The notes under the pieces: generated by a model
The model's input: the letters and a program-made list of their open reading frames with translations, nothing else
What the model was told of the DNA's origin: nothing
Databases searched by the model: none
Translations under genes and position numbers: made by a program
Source: an uncultured Methanosarcinaceae archaeon
Lineage (GTDB): Archaea; Halobacteriota; Methanosarcinia; Methanosarcinales; Methanosarcinaceae
NCBI GenBank assembly: GCA_963847185.1
Contig: CAWJYV010000001.1
Location: forward strand, 160,001 to 224,000
Length of the DNA stretch: 64,000 bases
Direction: 5' to 3'
Shown: piece after piece, positions 32,242 through 43,276 of the stretch
How positions within the stretch are numbered: position 1 is the stretch's first letter
Layout: each line of letters starts with the position of its first letter

Positions 32242-32343
32242 CCATTCACATATACCTAGAAGCTACGTACAAAGGCCAGATATATTGCTCGGGTAAAATG
32301 GACCAAATATATCCTGGAAGGCTCACAAGTAATTAAAACGAGT
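32242..32343 (+). repeat. Dispersed repeat, copy 5
   Basis: 48 bp identical to copy 2. Confidence 0.85.
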
Positions 32344-32730
32344 ACTTACGGGCTAAGCTTCTGGGATATATGGAAGGCTGGCGCGAACATCGTACTCGCT
32401 GATCGCAGTGGGTGCGCCAGTGCAGCTTTGATTTTTCTGTTTTTTAGGAGGAAGTTCGGCTACTCTTACTCTTTCACACTCTCAAATAAAAAGTGTGTAA
32501 ATGATTCAAAAGTTACGAGTTGAACTGAGAAATCAATTCCATTAAACATTTAAATGTTTAAGAATGAATTTAACCAATTTCAATAACTTGATCTAGTGCC
32601 TTATATATAAATTAAATTATATATAATAAGTCAAAATAATTAGCAATATATCAATTAGAACACTAGTTTATTCTGACTGCTTATTGAAAGTAGGTATATT
32701 GCCGTTAAAGAAAGGAGTCTGAAAGGGAAA

Positions 32731-35700
32731 ATGAAAATGAAAATGGAGCAATTTCCGGCAAAGAACCCGAACCCTGTGCTCCGTGCGGAAAAGGATGGGA
32801 CAGTTCTTTATTCAAATGTGGCGGGTGAGCCTTTATTGCATGAGTGGGGCGTGGAAGTTGGAGAAAAACTTCCTTCTTATATCGTAGAGTTTGTGAAAAG
32901 GGTAATTTCCCAGAATAGCCCGAAAAAAATGGAAGTTAATGTGGGAAAAAGAGTATATCTTGTCGCTTTTCATCCCATATCCGAAGAAGATTGCGTAAAC
33001 ATTTATGGATTCGATATAAGTGACCAGAAAGAGCTTGAAGAAAAATATCATAATATTGTAGAGAAGTCCATGCCTTGTCAGGTACTGTTAGATGAAAACC
33101 ATGCCTTAAGAGACGAGATACAGAGACTTAGAGCATGTCTAGAAGAGCCTGAAGAACTCCGGCGTGCTATCAGTGAAGGAGACCTGGATGCCTTGGTCAT
33201 GCCTGTATCAGAAGAAGATATTATGGTCTTTACTCTAAGTAGTGCCGATCAAGCATATCGCACCCTAATGGAAACAGCAAATGAAGATGTGTTAATAGTT
33301 GACGCTGAATTCAAGGTCACTTATGCCGGTAAGAGACTTATTGACAAATTAGGATTAGGATACAGTCAGGAAGAAATAATTGGCAGGTCGTGGTTGGATT
33401 TCGTTGATGAAGAAAGTAAAGTTTATTCTGACCTGAGAATGAAAAAAAGGCGGCAAGGTAGCGATGAGAATTACGAATTAAAATTAATATGTCAGGACGG
33501 CTCCCCATTATGGATACTTGCAAGTTCTAATCCTCTTTTTGACGAAAATGGTAAGTTTAGAGGCGCTCTGGCTATGCTCACTGATATCACTGAGCGCAAA
33601 CGGATTGAAGAGACATTGCGGAAGAGCGAGGCTCAGCTAAGAGAGGCTCAACGGCTGTCAAAAGTAGGAGACTGGGAGTGGGTCATCGAGGGCGATATTG
33701 TAACTTGGTCCGACGAATTGTACAATATTGCGGGACTAAGCAAGGAAAGGCCCGCTCCTAGCTATCAAGAGCAAACCAATCTTTACGCAAGAGAAAGCTG
33801 GTCTCTTCTTGATAAAGCTGTCGAGAATGCACTTGAGACTGGTGAACCATACGAGCTTATGCTCGAGCTGATCCGTGTGGACGGCACGCACCGCTGGGTC
33901 AATGCTCATGGTGAAACAATGCGGGATCTCAGCGGACTCATTGTAGGACTTCGCGGCACTGTCCAGGACCTCACAGAGCGTAAACAGACCGAGGAGAAGT
34001 TGGCCGCAGCCTACAGCCAGATCCAGAGCATAATCGACAACACGCCGGACATCATCTATGCCTTTGATCTGGAGGAGCGTTTTGTGCTGGCAAACAAAGC
34101 AGTCGCAAACGTGCTAAACTCCACGCCGGATCGAATGATCGGAAAGAGACGTCACGAGTTCATGCCCAAAATGGACGCAGACTGGCATGAGGCAAACGAT
34201 CGGCAAGTGTTCGAGGCGGGCAGGGTGCTGGAGTTCGAGGAGTACAGCCACCTCGAGGGTCGCTCGATTACCTGGCTTACCAAGAAATTCCCTCTTCGCG
34301 ACGCTCAGGAAAGAATCTACGCGGTAGCTGGAATCTCCGCGGACATCACCGAGCGCAAGCGGAGGGAGGAAATCCAGGAGGCAATTAACTCCATCAACCG
34401 GACCATCCATTCGACCCTCGACTTCGACGACATTATGCAGAAGACTGTTTCAGAGGCATCCAAGGCAATTGGGAGTGATACGGCTGCAGTCTCCCTTAGA
34501 AAAGGTGACCGTTGGATAATCAGCCATGTTTATGGTTTTCCTGAGAGTGTGATCGGAAATGAGATGAATGATGAAGAAGAGCCACATGCTCTTCTTGCCA
34601 TCAAAACGAGAAAGCCCGTAGCCATTAACAATGCCTTCAACGATGAGAGAGTGAATCGTAATCACATGAAGAAATGGGGAATTCGCTCCGTACTGGTCGT
34701 TCCTCTTGTCGCCAAGGATGAAGTTATCGGGGTAATCTTTTTCAACTGTTATAAGTCTGTTTCTGAATTTGGTGATATCCAAGTTGATTTTGCAACCCGG
34801 CTTGCATCATCGATATCGCTGGCTTTGGAAAACTCTCGCCTTTTCGAAAATCTTAAAATTGAACTCACCGAACGCAAGAAGGCAGATAGTGAACTGCGAA
34901 AGATGTACGAGAAGCTCCAGAGTCAATCCGAAGAGTTGCAGGTATTCAACGAAGAGCTACAGGTTCAATCAGAGGAACTCCATGAAGCAAATGAGGCACT
35001 CCATGAAAGCGAAAAACGTTACCGTACATTAGCTGAAAATTCCCCTGATATAGTTATTCGCTTTGACAGACAAAATCGGTATATGTATGCTAATCCAGCG
35101 GCTTCGGAAGCTTACGGCTTTTCTCAAGAAGAAATTATTGGAAAAACTCAAGATGAACTGGGAATGAACCCTGAATTAGTTAAGTTTTTGGAGACATACC
35201 AGGAAATTGTTTTTACTACGGGAAAACCCGAAACAATGGAATTCCAATATAAATTCCCTCAAGGAAAAGAACGCTATTTTAACACAAAAATAGTACCAGA
35301 GTTTGCTAATGGCAAAGTGACCTCTATTCTTGCTATTTCCCATGACATTACGGATATTAAGGAATCAGAAGCTAAGTTGAGAGAAGCACTCGACAATTTA
35401 GAAGAACTAGTTAAAGAACGAACTGCAGAGCTTGAAAAAGCTTATATCTCGTTAAAAGAGGGTGAAAGAGGCCTTGCTGAAGCCCAGGAAATGGCTCACC
35501 TTGGAAATTGGGTTCACAATATTATAACTGACGAAATACGCTGGTCCGATGAAGCTTACCGTATTTTTGGATTTAAGCCTCAAGAATTTGGAGTAACCTA
35601 TGATGGATTTTTGAGCTATGTACATACAGATGATCGAGATTTTGTAGTTAACGCAGTCAGACAAACTTTAAACGGAAAGGTCCTTGACATCGAACATAGA

Positions 35701-36556
35701 ATAGTCTTAGCTAACGGAGGAGAACGCATAGTCCATGAGCGAGGTGAAGTCGTTTTCGATGACAAAAATAATCCTGTTCTAAGAGGAATAGTTCAGGATA
35801 TTACTGAGCGCAAAAAAGCAGAAGAAAGTTTGGCGAACATTGAGATTGCCCGTAAACAGGAAATCCATCATCGCATTAAGAATAATCTTCAGGTAATTTC
35901 CTCCCTGCTTGATCTTCAGGCTGAACAGTTTAGAAACCGAGAAAATATTAAGGATTCGGAAGTTCTGGGCGCCTTCAGGGAAAGCCAGGATAGAGTGATA
36001 TCTATGGCTCTGATTCATGAAGAACTGTACAAAGGTGGAGGGTTCGATACACTTGACTTTTCGCCTTACATTGAGGAACTAGCTCACAATCTTTTCCTGA
36101 CGTATCGTCTTGGAAATATCGATATAAGCTTAAACATGGATCTGGAAGAAAACCTTTTCTTTGACATGGATACTGCAGTTCCGTTAGGAATGATTGTTAA
36201 TGAACTCATTTCCAACTCCCTCAAACATGCATTTATAGGGAGGGATAAAGGAGAAATCCGAATCAAACTTCACAAGGGAAGAGCCTACAGAACTTGACGG
36301 GGAAGGCTACGAGAGTACCAGTACCAGTACCAGTTTCACTCTGAGCATTTCAGACAATGGTGTGGGCATTCCTGAAAATCTTGATATTGAAGATCTCGAT
36401 AGTCTCGGGTTTCAGCTGGTAACTTCCCTTGTAGACCAGTTAGATGGGGAATTTGAACTGAAACGGAATAATGGGACAGAATTCATTATAAGGTTCACAG
36501 TAGTAGAAATAATTAATCAGGAGTCAGCGCCAGCCTCACAACAATTAGTTGAATAA
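32731..36556 (+). CDS. PAS/GAF sensor histidine kinase (HisKA_2); ATPase domain split by a +1 frameshift near 36274
   Basis: Multiple PAS, GAF, EIHHRIKNNLQ; removing one A gives HREEPTELDGEGYESTSTSTSFTLSISDNGVGIPEN into ORF 36362-36556. Confidence 0.9.
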
Positions 36557-36790
36557 TGCTTAGAACCTGTCCAGCCAGTTTAACATGGTGGAAAATCTCT
36601 ATCGAGTCTGGGATAGCTATTTTTACAAGCCTATCCAGAGTCTTCTACGTGCGTATATCCAGTAACCATGCTGAAGGTATACAGCCTCCGTAAACACTAT
36701 TCAGGTATAGAGCCCCTGTTTGCTAACACCCGAAAACGATCAAATAAAGTAAACTTAATTATAATAAACTGATATTAAGTGGGTGAAATA

Positions 36791-37015
36791 ATGAGAAAAG
36801 AGCTGATTATATTATTAGTACTGTTCAGTGTATTCTTAGCTATCGGCTGTGCAGAAACTAAAAAGCCAAATGAAACAACAAATCCAGCTAAAGAGGCAAC
36901 TCCAGTTACTATGGGTAATAAGACAGAAATGATGGAAAACAGAACTGGAATGATGAACAATACAACCGGAATGATGAACAATACAACCGGAATGATGGGC
37001 AATAGGAACATATGA
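36791..37015 (+). CDS. Small lipoprotein with Met-rich heptad repeats
   Basis: Signal peptide with LAIGC lipobox; MMNNTTG-type repeats. Confidence 0.75.
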   Translation: MRKELIILLVLFSVFLAIGCAETKKPNETTNPAKEATPVTMGNKTEMMENRTGMMNNTTGMMNNTTGMMGNRNI

Positions 37016-37481
37016 CCTGTCAAGTCTCGACTGTTTCTTTCTACATATGATCCGGGAGAGAGTCTACTATTGCCTATTAACGACCCCAAAAAATACATAA
37101 TGGTTGCTCTAGAATGTAATTATAGGCTTTTAGCTCGTGGTTGCCCTTATGGATCTCAACCGTTTGATGCCATAATATTAACAGGACAACCACTCCTATC
37201 TCCTTTCTATCCTCTCGGACCTTTATCCTACATACTTATTACCACAACCCACGCAGCCAAGCGTATAGACTTTTCTAGGGTAATTTATATCTCCCAATTC
37301 TGGGAAGTCCTGTAATTAAGTAGATTTACCGGGATAAATGTAAAGTCGAAACTTGCTTTATCTTATCCTGAAAATAGTGTTTGAGTTACCCTATTAATAT
37401 GTATTGTGCCTGGCGATAGCGGAAACAAACAAACCCTTATTATCGAGGCATCAGATATTGGTTTATATCTAATATGTTTAG

Positions 37482-37736
37482 GTGGTCCATATAGTCACAC
37501 TTGGATATTCTCACAAATTTAATGCATTGAAGTTTCGCATTTTAGAAGCCCTATACAAGTCCAATAAACCAATGACTGTACGCGACATTGAATATGAAAC
37601 AGGTATTCATTATACTAACATTTCTAGTGCAATGTCGCATTATCAGAGGCTACAAAAAAGAAGCCAGATTCAGAGTCTAGTCTTGTGGGAGTTCGTGTGT
37701 TCGAGGTGGACATTTCATACTAAATTTTTTAGTTGA
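37482..37736 (+). pseudogene. Winged-HTH protein of mobile-element type, probably truncated
   Basis: FRILEALYKSNKPMTVRDIEYETGIHYTNISSAMSHY, then the sequence loses coding character. Confidence 0.55.
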
Positions 37737-38118
37737 CTCCTTTTTGCTTTATTTAATTTACATTTAACCTCCTCTGATTTTATCAGTATCAAAGGAAACT
37801 TGTAGATAAGGCATGGAGATTAATATAGATATACTTCTTTCAGTTTTTGTTTTCATTCTTGAGCTTCTCAAACAAAATCAGCGTTCTTTCTTTTATAGTT
37901 TCTATTTTATTGTTAAGCTTACTTGAGCATGTATTTTTTCATGTCAGTAAACTCTTTTATTATAATTTTAAATCCATCTTATCAGGCAATTAAGTTTTTA
38001 AAAAGAGGAACATCTAACTTCCAGTTGAAAGTCAAGAAGTGAGTGAATTTACTTACAAATCTTAAGTACTTAAAGAAAAAGATGGAGGTGGAGAGATGTC
38101 TCCCTTCCAGAGAAAAAG

Positions 38119-38535
38119 TTAAGCTCCACCGCTGGAACCTCCACTGGAACCTCCACTGGAATCTGTGCCACCTGCACTAGAACCTGCACCTGTAGCTGGA
38201 CCCGCACCCGTATCGGAACCTGTGTTGCCTGCACTGGAACCTGTACCGGTATTTGCACTGGCATCTGCACTGGTAGCTGGGTTGGAGACTCTACCGGAAC
38301 CTGTGTCACCTGCATTGGTAGCTACACCGACAGTACCTGTAGCTGCACTAGGATTTATATCGGGTACACCTGTATTACAAGCATCTGATGGAATTATCAA
38401 GATGCGTTTATTACTTTCAGAAATGCATTGATCTGAGCACGCACTTACTGCAGCAACTGTAACTGACAAAACAAAAAAGGCTACCATAAAAAAACACAAC
38501 ACCTTCTTTATTTTATCAAGCTTTTGACTTTCCAT
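38119..38535 (-). CDS. Secreted Gly/Ser/Ala/Thr low-complexity protein
   Basis: Signal KKVLCFFMVAFFVLSVTVAAVSA, GGAG SD, GSSAG/GSSGG repeats. Confidence 0.75.
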   Translation of the reverse strand: MESQKLDKIKKVLCFFMVAFFVLSVTVAAVSACSDQCISESNKRILIIPSDACNTGVPDINPSAATGTVGVATNAGDTGSGRVSNPATSADASANTGTGSSAGNTGSDTGAGPATGAGSSAGGTDSSGGSSGGSSGGA

Positions 38536-39242
38536 TTAATCGCTCCCTCATATCTTTACATGGACACAATTTGAGAATGTTAGTTTTTTACTTAATCCAG
38601 TTAGCAAATTCAATAAGTTAGTAATTTACAATTTAAAAATGAGACTTGTTTCTGAGAATGTTTTATTATATTATGCTTTCTCTTATTATTATGGCGAGCA
38701 TTTGCGTTTACGTTAAATGATTTCAAATTGTATCAGTAAGCTATATTTATTTGATAAATATAGTAATTAACGAAATATAAATAAGAAACTATTTTAAATA
38801 AATGCTATTGTTATCTAGTCCAGATTCTGCATGACATCTGAAAAGGGTTGAAATATAAGATGTAGATTCAAAAAAAATCATTCTAAAGGATAAAAGCATT
38901 GACTTTTATCCATTTAGTTCATTATTGTATTAAAAGCAAGAGATTATTTTTCATAGTTTGTAAGACAAATTTCTATTGACAGGCTATTTATCATTAAATC
39001 AGATACAACCTCTATTTTGTTAAGATAAGTGGAGCCTATTTGTTGAATCTCTCAATATCATAGATTAAGTAAATCTACTGAAAGAAGTCGCCAAGAGATG
39101 AAAATCAGGCTATAGTGGTTAATCCAAAATTGGCAAATCTTCCTAATTATTTTCGACGAAAAACGCTCTAGATCCCGCTATTGCAACATTTATAGCGTTT
39201 TTTCTCTCTTTTTTATTAATTTAAAGACTTGACTAAATTTTC

Positions 39243-40346
39243 GGTGGATGCTGCCTCATTAATTAGTTGATATTTTTCTATTTCTATAATTTAACAAATC
39301 TGTTAATGTCCATTTATTTTTAGTAATCCCATATTTTTCTGCTGGTGTTTTCTTTCCCAAAACTCCATTTTCTTTTTCTTTTTTTAATCCTCTATGGTCT
39401 CTACAAAAGTTAAAATGAGTGCAATAAAGTCTCATTTGGTTGTACAATCCCTCAATTTTCTTCGAAAACCCTATTGTCTTCCTTGAAACTCTATTGTTAT
39501 CCTGTCTAAATGTTAGATTTTGTCTTTCAAGCAAACTTGTTGAAATTTCACTTTGATCTATATTTTGACCAAAGATTACTCTTTTTTCAATTTTCTGAAG
39601 CTTCTTTCCCAGTTTGTTTTTGATAACCTGAGCATATTTCAGATTTTCATTAGGTATTATTGCTGGTTTTCTGGGTCTTCCTCTCTTTCCAGTTTTAGAA
39701 AAATCTACCAAATCACCATATTTTTTCAAAAGAGCTTCAGCATAGAATCCATCTGTAACAAAAAGAGGTTTTAAAGTTGAAAGATGTTTATCTGTAATAT
39801 TTACAAATTCGTCTGCCACATACTGTTTTCTTGGCCCCAGTATAAAATCAATTATTAATCTGGACTCAGGTGCAAAGCTCACCCACATCCATGCTCCATC
39901 ATCTTCAACTTCTGTTCTTGGAGCAACTTTTTTTCAATTATTACCCATAGTTCATCCATCTCAACTTTGGAAATATTAAGATCTTTCATCAAGTCTTCAT
40001 TTACCTTCTCACATTGTTTCGCGCAGCGAAACAACCAGTTACTTACTGTTGCAGGTTGAACTTCCAATACATCAGAAATAGCTTGTATTGACATTCCTTT
40101 AATAGCCATCTTCAAGGCTAATTTGACAACAGATTCGTCTTTTCTCACATTATCAAAAAAAGTACCTGTTCGATCATTGAATACTCTGCCGCATTCGCGG
40201 CAGATATATTTTCGAACTCGCTTATTCTTGATTTGATAGGTACCATTGCCTATGATGTTTTCTTTTCCAGTAACACCATAAAGTTTACAATCCGGATTAG
40301 GACAAGAAACGTCAGTGAACTTTGGCTTTGCTCCTCTTTTTCCCAT
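39243..40346 (-). mobile_element. IS1-family transposase, two ORFs (39879-40346, 39259-39888)
   Basis: CPNPDC...CREC Zn finger, HTH, MDELW, FVTDG, ERQNLTFRQ; only one end recognised. Confidence 0.85.
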
Positions 40347-41342
40347 TAGGAGAATATGATATCTTTCCTACTATATAATGTCAACTAAATACAAATGAAG
40401 TACCAAAATATTAAAGTATTAAAAAAAGAACTGCATGAGTTTTGGGAGAGACATACATTTACACATAAAATGTCGCATTATTTAAAATGATGACTATATT
40501 TTGGAGATATCAGAAACTAGCAGGTCAATTTTAGAGTAGTCTATAGGCTCCGCTGGTTCTCTATCCAGGCAATTATAAGTTCAGTTCGGCCCTGTTGCTT
40601 CCGTTTTCTGTGCCAATGATTCAGCGCTTCTCCTTGTTTGCACAGAAAGTGACATATCTTTACTACTCCTTACTCATATAGCCCGGAGCTCCTCGAGTTT
40701 TGCCATTTTTCATTTTCCAAGTCTCCGGTTTTAAGTGTAACTTCAGGTGTTTCCAAAAAAAAATATTGTAATGGGATTATTTGCTATTCAAAGGGATAAA
40801 AAATTTTAATTTTTGGTTTCAAATATCTTTAATTTTATTTTGGATTTTTTATTTAGTATACTAAATAAAAAAGCTGGATGCCTTAATTGAAAATAATTAT
40901 AATTTGTCAATATATTAAGGTTTTATTCAACTTTATTACTCCTTTTAACGATTAATAAAATTTATTTTTCCGCATATCTGCCTATTATTATCTATTTTGA
41001 TATAAAAGATTGCTTTATTAGCTTATTGTCAAAATAAACAATTTGAATCCTTTATTTTATACTCTCTTTTTAAAGAAACCTATTATTGCATCTTTATAAA
41101 CATTTATTTTTACTTTTCATATTTTGATTATCAACACACTATTAATATTTATTTTAGCTGTAAGTAGCTATATATCTTTAACTTAACATGATATTATCTA
41201 ATGAATGTTCTTTCAATAGTAAAAAAGAATATTCATAGTAAAACTAGAACTTAAAAAATCAATCTATGTAAGGGAATCAAATTGAGAGTACACCAGCTTA
41301 AGAATTGTATTAAATCTGGAGAATAGTGGGGAATCAAGACAA

Positions 41343-42980
41343 ATGCCAAAACAAGTCTTTGACGTCATAAAAAAGGCAGGTTATCTTTTCATGGTAACCT
41401 TAATGTTATTAACACCTGCAGCTGCAGAGAGCAACGCAGGAAGCAAAAGCATTACATATAACAATGGGACGAGTTCAGGAAACTCATTTGAAGATGTCTC
41501 ATTGGAAAATGTCGAATTTAACAATGTGACATTTATCAATGTTACATTTATCAATGTTTCAATTAACACTCTCACAATTAACAATCTCACAACAGTTAGC
41601 AATGGACTGGATGCAAATGGGCAGGATGCAGGAAGTGCCGAAAATAGCGCCGAAAATAGCGCCGAAAATTGCACCGATACCAAAGTTGTCCGTAAATTAT
41701 CGGGTTCCAAGCACTCTAGTCACAGTAATGCGGCCACAGCAGCAAGTACCGCAGCAGCGAGTGCTACAGCAGCAAGTACCGCAGCAGCAAGTACCGCAGC
41801 AGCGAGTACTACACCAAGCAGTACCATAAATAGTGGAGATTACGCAGGAAGTAGATCATATAATGGAACTGATGCAGGAAATACCGTAAATAATGGTACT
41901 TATGCAGCAGCAACCTTTAATAATGGTACGTATGCAGGAGCAATCTTCAACTATGGAGTATACGCAGGCTCCAGATTTTATGGTGATGAGGCAGGAAACA
42001 CTGAAAATAGTGGGGAATCTGCAGCAAGCACCTATAATGATGCAGATGGGTCAGGAAGCACCTATAATGATGGTGAGAATGCAGGCTCCAGAGCTTACGA
42101 GGGGTCAGGAGCAGGAAGCACCATAAATAACGGTGATGATGCAGGCGCCTACCACAATATTGGGGATGAATCATACGCCTACGTCAATTACGGGGATGAA
42201 TCAGGTGCCAAAAATTATGTTGGGGATGAAGCAGGAAACTTCGAAAATAACGGTGAAAATGCAGGAAGCAGCTATAATGAGGGTGGTGTAGCAGGTGGCT
42301 ACCTCAATAACGGTGAGGAATCAGGCTCCAGAAATTATGCTGAGGATTCAGGAAACACCATTAATAATGGGGGAGCTGCAGGAAGCACCTATAACAGTGG
42401 TGGTGTAGCAGGCGGTAACCTTAATAACGGGGATGGATCAGGTTCCAGAAATTATGCTGGATCAGGAGCAGGAAGCACTGTAAATAATGGTGATGAAGCA
42501 GGAAGCACCATTAATAATGGGGGAGCTGCAGGAAGCACAGTAAACAATGGAGCAATAGCAGGTTCCAGAAATTATGGTGATGACTCAGGAAACACCTATA
42601 ATAATGGAGTTGTAGCAGGAAGCACTGTAAATAACGGAGTTGTAGCAGGAAGCACCGTAAATAATGCTGAGGATGCAGGCTCCAGAAATTATGAGGAGAA
42701 TGGAGGAAACACCGTAAATATTGGTGAGAATTCTGGAAGCACCATCAATAATGGTGATAATGCAGGAAGCACCGTAAATAATGCTGAGGATGCAGGCTCC
42801 AGAAATTATGAGGAGAATGGAGGAAACATCGAAAATAATGGTGAGAATGCAGGAAGCACCAACAATAATGGTGAGAATGCAGGAAAAACCGAAAATGAAG
42901 GTGAGAATTCAGGAAGCAGAACATATAATGGGGATAATTCAGGAAATACCATAACCAATAATTATAACACAACCGTATAA
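41343..42980 (+). CDS. Secreted Asn/Gly-rich decapeptide-repeat protein (probable beta-solenoid)
   Basis: Signal peptide, NVTFI pentapeptide tract, Ala/Ser/Thr linker, about 38 units of STxNNGxxAG. Confidence 0.85.
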   Translation: MPKQVFDVIKKAGYLFMVTLMLLTPAAAESNAGSKSITYNNGTSSGNSFEDVSLENVEFNNVTFINVTFINVSINTLTINNLTTVSNGLDANGQDAGSAENSAENSAENCTDTKVVRKLSGSKHSSHSNAATAASTAAASATAASTAAASTAAASTTPSSTINSGDYAGSRSYNGTDAGNTVNNGTYAAATFNNGTYAGAIFNYGVYAGSRFYGDEAGNTENSGESAASTYNDADGSGSTYNDGENAGSRAYEGSGAGSTINNGDDAGAYHNIGDESYAYVNYGDESGAKNYVGDEAGNFENNGENAGSSYNEGGVAGGYLNNGEESGSRNYAEDSGNTINNGGAAGSTYNSGGVAGGNLNNGDGSGSRNYAGSGAGSTVNNGDEAGSTINNGGAAGSTVNNGAIAGSRNYGDDSGNTYNNGVVAGSTVNNGVVAGSTVNNAEDAGSRNYEENGGNTVNIGENSGSTINNGDNAGSTVNNAEDAGSRNYEENGGNIENNGENAGSTNNNGENAGKTENEGENSGSRTYNGDNSGNTITNNYNTTV

Positions 42981-43276
42981 TGAGCAGAACTAAATACAAA
43001 ACGTAAGTATTCAACCTGAGAAAAACGAGATCAATAGCAATCTAAATTAAGATGCAATCAGCAAATTTCAGTGGGCTGGTTCTCTTTAATTATGAGCTAT
43101 TGATCTTTTTTTTGGTTTTTGATTATTTTCTCTTTTTTCTCTGGAATACTATGAACCAAACTAACAATACAAACTCTGTTAGCTTCCTTCTCTGTAAATT
43201 TTCAAGAACCATCCAAGAGAGCAACAAAACATCAAAAAATGTTGTTGTTTCTTGTTTGGCAAGACGTCGCTACATC

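Noticed and set aside
22180-32260. Conserved TAG in the repeat (CCTAGAAG) as a pyrrolysine codon
   Set aside because: The frame with synonymous substitutions reads CCT AGA AGC, so the TAG is out of frame
22166-32343. Five repeats as a CRISPR array or integron attC sites
   Set aside because: Spacing is irregular and kilobase-scale, ends are ragged, there are no GTTRRRY/RYYYAAC boxes and no cas genes
41820-42945. 30-bp periodic DNA repeats as a non-coding array
   Set aside because: Fully explained by the decapeptide-repeat ORF
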